A stretch of 35,688 nt of DNA. Origin: a virus. Its lineage: Duplodnaviria; Heunggongvirae; Uroviricota; Caudoviricetes. The position numbers and the translations under genes were made by a program. The stretch's first letter is position 1. Each line of letters opens with the position of its first letter. Below the pieces are notes generated by a model. The model made no database searches. It had not been told where the DNA came from and worked only from the letters and a program-made list of their open reading frames with translations. This document shows, in pieces, positions 30,120 to 35,688 of this stretch. The stretch is from IMG/VR virus record IMGVR_UViG_2740892230_000015; one strand, given 5' to 3'.

Positions 30120-30170
30120 CTCTTCCGAAAAGGGATTCACACAAGTGCCTTGTGTTTAAGGAAGAGTAAA

Positions 30171-31877
30171 TTGAGTAACTTACGCGAATACCAGAATCGT
30201 ATTGCAGATATCGCAAAACGCTCTAAAGCTGTGCTTGGCTGGGCAAGCACTGCGCAGTTCGGTACTGATAACCAATTCATTAAAGATGATGCCGCGCGTG
30301 CCGCATCTATCCTTGAAGCTGCACGTAAAGACCCGGTTTTTGCGGGTATCTCTGATAATGCCACCGCTCAAATCGCTACAGCGTGGGCAAGTGCACTGGC
30401 TGACTACGCCGCAGCACATAAATCTATGCCGCGTCCGGAAATTCTGGCCTCCTGCCACCAGACGCTGGAAAACTGCCTGATAGAGTCCACCCGCAATAGC
30501 ATGGATGCCACTAATAAAGCGATGCTGGAATCCGTCGCAGCAGAGATGATGAGCGTTTCTGACGGTGTTATGCGTCTGCCTTTATTCCTCGCGATGATCC
30601 TGCCTGTTCAGTTGGGGGCAGCTACCGCTGATGCGTGTACCTTCATTCCGGTTACGCGTGACCAGTCCGACATCTATGAAGTCTTTAACGTGGCAGGTTC
30701 CTCTTTTGGTTCTTATGCTGCTGGTGATGTTCTGGACATGCAATCCGTCGGTGTGTACAGCCAGTTACGTCGCCGCTATGTGCTGGTGGCAAGCTCCGAT
30801 GGCACTAGCAAAACCGCAACCTTCAAGATGGAAGACTTCGAAGGCCAGAATGTACCAATCCGAAAAGGTCGCACTAACATCTACGTTAACCGTATTAAGT
30901 CTGTTGTTGATAACGGTTCCGGCAGCCTACTTCACTCGTTTACTAATGCTGCTGGTGAGCAAATCACTGTTACCTGCTCTCTGAACTACAACATTGGTCA
31001 GATTGCCCTGTCGTTCTCCAAAGCGCCGGATAAAGGCACTGAGATCGCAATTGAGACGGAAATCAATATTGAAGCCGCTCCTGAGCTGATCCCGCTGATC
31101 AACCACGAAATGAAGAAATACACCCTGTTCCCAAGTCAGTTCGTTATCGCGGCTGAGCACACGGTACAGGCAGCGTATGAAGCACAGCGTGAATTTGGTC
31201 TGGACCTGGGTTCCCTACAGTTCCGCACCCTGAAGGAATACCTGTCTCATGAACAGGATATGCTGCGTCTTCGCATCATGATCTGGCGTACTCTTGCGAC
31301 CGACACCTTTGACATCGCTCTGCCGGTTAACCAGTCCTTTGATGTATGGGCAACCATCATTCGTGGCAAATTCCAGACTGTATATCGCGACATTATTGAG
31401 CGCGTTAAATCTTCTGGTGCGATGGGGATGTTTGCTGGTGCTGATGCAGCATCTTTCTTCAAACAGTTGCCGAAGGATTTCTTCCAGCCAGCCGAAGACT
31501 ATATCCAGACTCCGTATGTTCACTACATCGGTACCCTGTTCGGTAACGTGAAAGTGTACGAAGTACCTGCTGGTATTTGTAAGAACTTAACGACAGAGAA
31601 CATTCAGTTCAGCTCGATGGATGTGCTGTGCTACGTCCGTGATGAAAATCCGGGTAAAGCAGGCTTCGTGACTGGTGATGCTGTCCCGGCTATCCCGTTC
31701 CAGCATCCGACCACTCCGGCGCTGGTCAACCGTACCACACTGTGGGGTTCGGCTATCAACGATATGCACCCACGCAACGGCGCTGATTACTTCACTCGTG
31801 TAACGCTGACAATGGCCAAAAAAGGCGGGCTTAACTTCATTAGCGGCGACACGATTGATGCCGGTGACTCTGAGTAA
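30171..31877 (+). CDS. 23: major capsid (head) protein
   Basis: Large ORF just after parS; TTG at 30171 has an AAGGAAG RBS 6 nt upstream. Assigned by P1-like gene order and size, not by motif. Confidence 0.6.
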   Translation: MSNLREYQNRIADIAKRSKAVLGWASTAQFGTDNQFIKDDAARAASILEAARKDPVFAGISDNATAQIATAWASALADYAAAHKSMPRPEILASCHQTLENCLIESTRNSMDATNKAMLESVAAEMMSVSDGVMRLPLFLAMILPVQLGAATADACTFIPVTRDQSDIYEVFNVAGSSFGSYAAGDVLDMQSVGVYSQLRRRYVLVASSDGTSKTATFKMEDFEGQNVPIRKGRTNIYVNRIKSVVDNGSGSLLHSFTNAAGEQITVTCSLNYNIGQIALSFSKAPDKGTEIAIETEINIEAAPELIPLINHEMKKYTLFPSQFVIAAEHTVQAAYEAQREFGLDLGSLQFRTLKEYLSHEQDMLRLRIMIWRTLATDTFDIALPVNQSFDVWATIIRGKFQTVYRDIIERVKSSGAMGMFAGADAASFFKQLPKDFFQPAEDYIQTPYVHYIGTLFGNVKVYEVPAGICKNLTTENIQFSSMDVLCYVRDENPGKAGFVTGDAVPAIPFQHPTTPALVNRTTLWGSAINDMHPRNGADYFTRVTLTMAKKGGLNFISGDTIDAGDSE

Positions 31878-31937
31878 TCAGGGGAAGTTCTCCGTTTAAC
31901 ATAGCGCCCCCGTGCGGGGCGCATAACAGGGAAAGTT

Positions 31938-33527
31938 ATGTCTCAATATTCAATTCAACAGTCATTAGGTAATGCATCCGGCGTCGCGGTTAGCCCGATC
32001 AATGCCGATGCGACGTTATCTACCGGTGTTGCATTAAATAGCAGCTTGTGGGCTGGTATTGGCGTATTTGCGCGTGGCAAGCCGTTTACTGTTCTTGCGG
32101 TTACTGAGTCCAATTACGAAGATGTTCTTGGCGAACCGCTGAAGCCGTCTTCCGGCTCACAGTTTGAACCAATTCGCCATGTGTACGAAGCTATTCAGCA
32201 AACGTCTGGTTATGTTGTCCGTGCTGTTCCGGATGATGCGAAGTTCCCGATTATTATGTTCGATGAATCAGGCGAACCGGCTAACAGTGCGTTGCCATAC
32301 GGTTCTGAAATTGAACTTGATAGCGGCGAAGCCTTTGCTATCTACGTTGATGATGGTGATCCGTGTATTTCACCTACCCGTGAGTTAACCATCGAAACGG
32401 CAACAGCGGACAGCGCGGGTAATGAACGCTTCCTCTTAAAACTGACCCAGACGACTTCGCTCGGCGTGGTAACGACCCTGGAGACACACACTGTGTCTTT
32501 GGCGGAAGAAGCGAAAGATGACATGGGCCGCTTGTGTTATCTGCCTACGGCTCTGGAAGCCCGTTCTAAATATCTGCGCGCGGTTGTTAATGAAGAGCTG
32601 ATTTCGACAGCGAAAGTAACAAACAAAAAATCGTTGGCGTTCACTGGCGGTACCAACGGCGATCAGTCGAAAATCTCAACCGCTGCGTACCTGCGTGCGG
32701 TTAAAGTGCTGAATAATGCGCCGTACATGTACACCGCTGTTCTTGGCTTGGGCTGCTATGACAATGCGGCTATCACCGCATTAGGTAAAATCTGTGCAGA
32801 TCGCCTGATTGATGGCTTCTTTGATGTCAAACCGACATTGACGTACACGGAAGCGATCTCTGCTGTTGAAGATACCGGTTTACTTGGTACCGATTATGTA
32901 AGCTGTGCTGTCTATCACTACCCGTTCTCCTGCAAAGACAAATGGACCCAATCCCGTGTGGTCTTTGGTCTGTCTGGCGTGGCGTATGCGGCGAAAGCTC
33001 GTGGCGTCAAGAAAAACTCTGATGTCGGCGGTTGGCATTACTCACCGGCTGGTGAAGAACGTGCCGTCATTGCTCGTGCGTCAATTCAACCGCTGTATCC
33101 GGAAGATACCCCGGACGAAGAAGCAATGGTCAAGGGCCGTCTCAATAAAGTATCTGTTGGCACCTCTGGCCAGATGATCATCGACGATGCTTTAACTTGC
33201 TGCACGCAGGATAACTATCTGCACTTCCAGCACGTCCCATCCCTGATGAATGCAATCAGCCGTTTCTTTGTCCAGTTAGCCCGACAGATGAAGCATAGCC
33301 CGGACGGTATTACTGCGGCTGGCCTGACTAAAGGGATGACCAAACTTTTAGATCGCTTTGTCGCCTCCGGCGCTCTGGTGGCTCCTCGTGATCCTGATGC
33401 TGACGGTACAGAACCGTATGTGCTGAAAGTTACGCAGGCGGAATTCGATAAATGGGAAGTAGTCTGGGCCTGCTGCCCGACTGGCGTAGCCCGTCGTATC
33501 CAGGGCGTACCGCTGCTTATTAAGTAA
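31938..33527 (+). CDS. 22: tail sheath protein
   Basis: 529 aa, immediately after the capsid gene; size and order consistent with a contractile-tail sheath. Confidence 0.6.
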   Translation: MSQYSIQQSLGNASGVAVSPINADATLSTGVALNSSLWAGIGVFARGKPFTVLAVTESNYEDVLGEPLKPSSGSQFEPIRHVYEAIQQTSGYVVRAVPDDAKFPIIMFDESGEPANSALPYGSEIELDSGEAFAIYVDDGDPCISPTRELTIETATADSAGNERFLLKLTQTTSLGVVTTLETHTVSLAEEAKDDMGRLCYLPTALEARSKYLRAVVNEELISTAKVTNKKSLAFTGGTNGDQSKISTAAYLRAVKVLNNAPYMYTAVLGLGCYDNAAITALGKICADRLIDGFFDVKPTLTYTEAISAVEDTGLLGTDYVSCAVYHYPFSCKDKWTQSRVVFGLSGVAYAAKARGVKKNSDVGGWHYSPAGEERAVIARASIQPLYPEDTPDEEAMVKGRLNKVSVGTSGQMIIDDALTCCTQDNYLHFQHVPSLMNAISRFFVQLARQMKHSPDGITAAGLTKGMTKLLDRFVASGALVAPRDPDADGTEPYVLKVTQAEFDKWEVVWACCPTGVARRIQGVPLLIK

Positions 33528-33536
33528 GGGAATACA

Positions 33537-34352
33537 ATGAGCAAAAACTTTTTTCAATCCGGGGCATTTTGGGGGAATGGACTGTCCCGTTTCGCTTTGA
33601 ACTCTGATCCTGTGCAGCTGATGGAGTCTGCCCGAGCAAGCGCTGAACCGCCAACAGATCCGGTTATTAATAATAATCCGGAACCGGCGGCACAGACTAA
33701 CGATAACGTTCCATCTGCCCCGGCTCCTGAGCAAATCCTGGAAGGGAAAGACGGTAAAGAATGGACCGTCGAACAGGCGCACCAGATGATTCTGGAAGCT
33801 GCAAATCGAAGTGCTATGCAGAATGCGTTGAGTGATGCGGCCGACGCCGTTTTCGCCTGGGCTGATAGCGGTGATCTGACTTTCGACTCCCTTGATGGTT
33901 TCGTTCAGGCTATCGCTGGTATCTCTGATGACGACGACTCCGAAGTTACAGAAGAACAGGACGATGCCTATAACGAAGCATGGGCAAATGTTGCTGACTT
34001 CCTCGCAGCATGCGGTGTAGATGATGACCTGATCGAAGCACTGGCTGACGATGAAGACGACGACGCAGCTGCTGATGTTGGTGCCTCTATCGCTGGTTTA
34101 GATAGCGACGACCGCGACGAACTGGAAGCGGCGTTTGTTGTTGCTGGCACTTCTGATGAAATGCTGACTGAAGCATTTAAGAAGGTTGTTCGTAACGGTG
34201 AGATCAAACTCATCCGTAAACGCCTGCGTAAAAAACGTCTGACTGCGGCTCAAAAATCGGCGCTGAAAAAAGCGCGTCGAAAAGCCCAGACCGGCGCGGC
34301 AAAACTTGCCCGCAAAAAGTCAATGAAACTGCGCCGTAAGCGCCTTGGCTAA
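33537..34352 (+). CDS. acidic protein with strongly basic C-terminus (structural-operon protein)
   Basis: 271 aa; long D/E-rich stretches then a K/R-rich tail (RKRLRKKRL...KLRRKRLG). Confidence 0.45.
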   Translation: MSKNFFQSGAFWGNGLSRFALNSDPVQLMESARASAEPPTDPVINNNPEPAAQTNDNVPSAPAPEQILEGKDGKEWTVEQAHQMILEAANRSAMQNALSDAADAVFAWADSGDLTFDSLDGFVQAIAGISDDDDSEVTEEQDDAYNEAWANVADFLAACGVDDDLIEALADDEDDDAAADVGASIAGLDSDDRDELEAAFVVAGTSDEMLTEAFKKVVRNGEIKLIRKRLRKKRLTAAQKSALKKARRKAQTGAAKLARKKSMKLRRKRLG

Positions 34353-34387
34353 AGGAGGAGGCCGGAGAACTCCGGCCTTTAACTTGA

Positions 34388-34969
34388 ATGGCACCTATAC
34401 CTTATGGGGTTTACAGCCAGGCTGACGGTGTATCGCCATTTCTGAAAGTTACTTTAACGAACTCTCAGTACCAGGTTACCGGATATATCAGCCAGGGGGC
34501 GGCAATGAACATGGCCCAGAATTGGGAAGCACCTTTTACTGGTATGTCCATGGGTTCTGTTGCTGGTGCCTTCAGTGGTTTTGCGCAGGTTGGTACTGAA
34601 ACAACGTCTGTTGCTCGTTGGAACAGCTTAATGGTTTGGGAAGGGGGAACACCGCCGACTTTCACGCTGCCAGTAACTTTCATCGCTTTGTTTGACCCAT
34701 TCACGGAGGTTTCAGGAGCTATCGCCGCATTGTCAGCGATGATTAGCCCGGAACTCAAAGATGCCAGTATTGGTGGTCGAATCCCGGAGCGTGTGACGCT
34801 AAACATTGGTCGCCGGATCAACATCATTGATGTCGCTATCCAGGACATAAGTTTCGATCTCGATGCGCCCAGGGACAGCAATGGGCATTTCCTGAAAAAC
34901 ACCGTCAACCTCCAGTTGACCGGTTCTTCGATATATAACAGCTCCGATATTGTTCGGGCGTTCCAGTAA
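34388..34969 (+). CDS. putative tail structural protein
   Basis: ATG-initiated 193 aa ORF between sheath-side genes and the tube-like gene. Confidence 0.4.
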   Translation: MAPIPYGVYSQADGVSPFLKVTLTNSQYQVTGYISQGAAMNMAQNWEAPFTGMSMGSVAGAFSGFAQVGTETTSVARWNSLMVWEGGTPPTFTLPVTFIALFDPFTEVSGAIAALSAMISPELKDASIGGRIPERVTLNIGRRINIIDVAIQDISFDLDAPRDSNGHFLKNTVNLQLTGSSIYNSSDIVRAFQ

Positions 34970-34980
34970 AAGGATTTTAT

Positions 34981-35490
34981 ATGGGGCACAATAACACTAA
35001 GGGAAACCGTAAATTTATTAAGGGCCGCTATACTGCCAACGCGGCCAAAGGCGAACGACTGGTATCTTCTGAATTCCAGCTCACTTTTGCAGGCCATGAA
35101 GATATCAGCGTACTGGTTCGCACGTCGCAAATTCCTGAAATGACCCGCGAGGATGTGGAGGACTATGGTCCGAATGGTGTGAAGTTCAACCAGCACGGTC
35201 CAATTCGAAACTCTGGGGAAATCCAGGTCCAGTGCGTGGAGACTATCGAAGGCGATATTCTTCAGTTCATTAAAGATCGCATTGCGGCGAAGGACTATGT
35301 TGATATCACGATGGCTGCGACCCCTGAATCCAAATCTTCCGGGGTTAACGCTGTGACAAAAGCTGCTACAACAATTGAAATGTTGGACTGCAAAATCTAC
35401 AGTGATGCAATCGACTTTAGTACCGAAGATGTGACTGCCGCTGTGCGCCCGTCACTTCGTATCGTCTACAACTGGATTGAGTGGGATTAA
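34981..35490 (+). CDS. putative tail tube protein
   Basis: 169 aa; size and C-terminal pattern loosely resemble T4 gp19-type tube proteins; followed by a strong terminator. Confidence 0.4.
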   Translation: MGHNNTKGNRKFIKGRYTANAAKGERLVSSEFQLTFAGHEDISVLVRTSQIPEMTREDVEDYGPNGVKFNQHGPIRNSGEIQVQCVETIEGDILQFIKDRIAAKDYVDITMAATPESKSSGVNAVTKAATTIEMLDCKIYSDAIDFSTEDVTAAVRPSLRIVYNWIEWD

Positions 35491-35509
35491 GAGTCATCCC
35501 TTGTATTTT

Positions 35510-35536
35510 AAAGCTCCTTCGGGAGCTTTTTTATTT
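35510..35536 (+). terminator. rho-independent terminator
   Basis: Hairpin AAAGCTCC-TTCG-GGAGCTTT followed by TTTTATTT. Confidence 0.6.
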
Positions 35537-35688
35537 GGAGAGGAAAGGGTGCATTGAGGATACCTGACACACGAAGAGTGGCGGAGATCTCTCCCCGCCA
35601 GGTCTCTTACCTTTCAGATTCGTAGGCTGTGAAGACAGTGACCTCCGTCTGGCTGGTTCGGATTCGTACCTCGCAGAGGTCTTTCCTC

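Noticed and set aside
35537-35688. Partial inverted repeat (GGAGAGGAAAGG ... CTTTCCTC) and duplicated GATTCGTA after the last terminator
   Set aside because: The window ends inside the element and the pairing is imperfect; no element could be defined.

Overview
This 35.7 kb window reads as a P1-family phage-plasmid segment, identified from sequence features rather than any database search. The clearest anchors are a complete plasmid maintenance module (26.0-30.1 kb): DnaA boxes, a GATC cluster, five 19-bp iterons, repA, nine incA iterons, parA, parB and a parS-like centromere. Four sites match the P1 C1-repressor operator (ATTGCTCTAATAAATTT) at 4.6, 6.7, 20.3 and 23.8 kb, each overlapping a sigma70-like promoter for a minus-strand operon. 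Other recognisable genes are a 754-aa fused C5-cytosine/N6-adenine methyltransferase (Dmt-like), an RdgC homolog, a DnaB-family helicase (Ban-like), three tRNAs, a TerB-like protein, a lambda-type Ser/Thr phosphatase, and Erf plus SSB in a translationally coupled operon. Structural late genes (capsid, sheath, tube-like, baseplate-like) sit at 10.5-15.2 kb and 30.2-35.5 kb. The most interesting unexplained content is a glycosyltransferase-rich operon with the phosphatase (6.8-9.3 kb), a pair of conserved-loop hairpins between tciA and tRNA-Thr (18.86-19.21 kb), a C1-controlled promoter feeding a short terminated leader (20.06-20.28 kb), and a spanin-like overlapping gene pair (25.0-25.6 kb). 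All functional calls are motif-level inferences from reading the translations; start codons are often GTG/TTG and several are uncertain. A 10-N assembly gap lies at 2858-2867.
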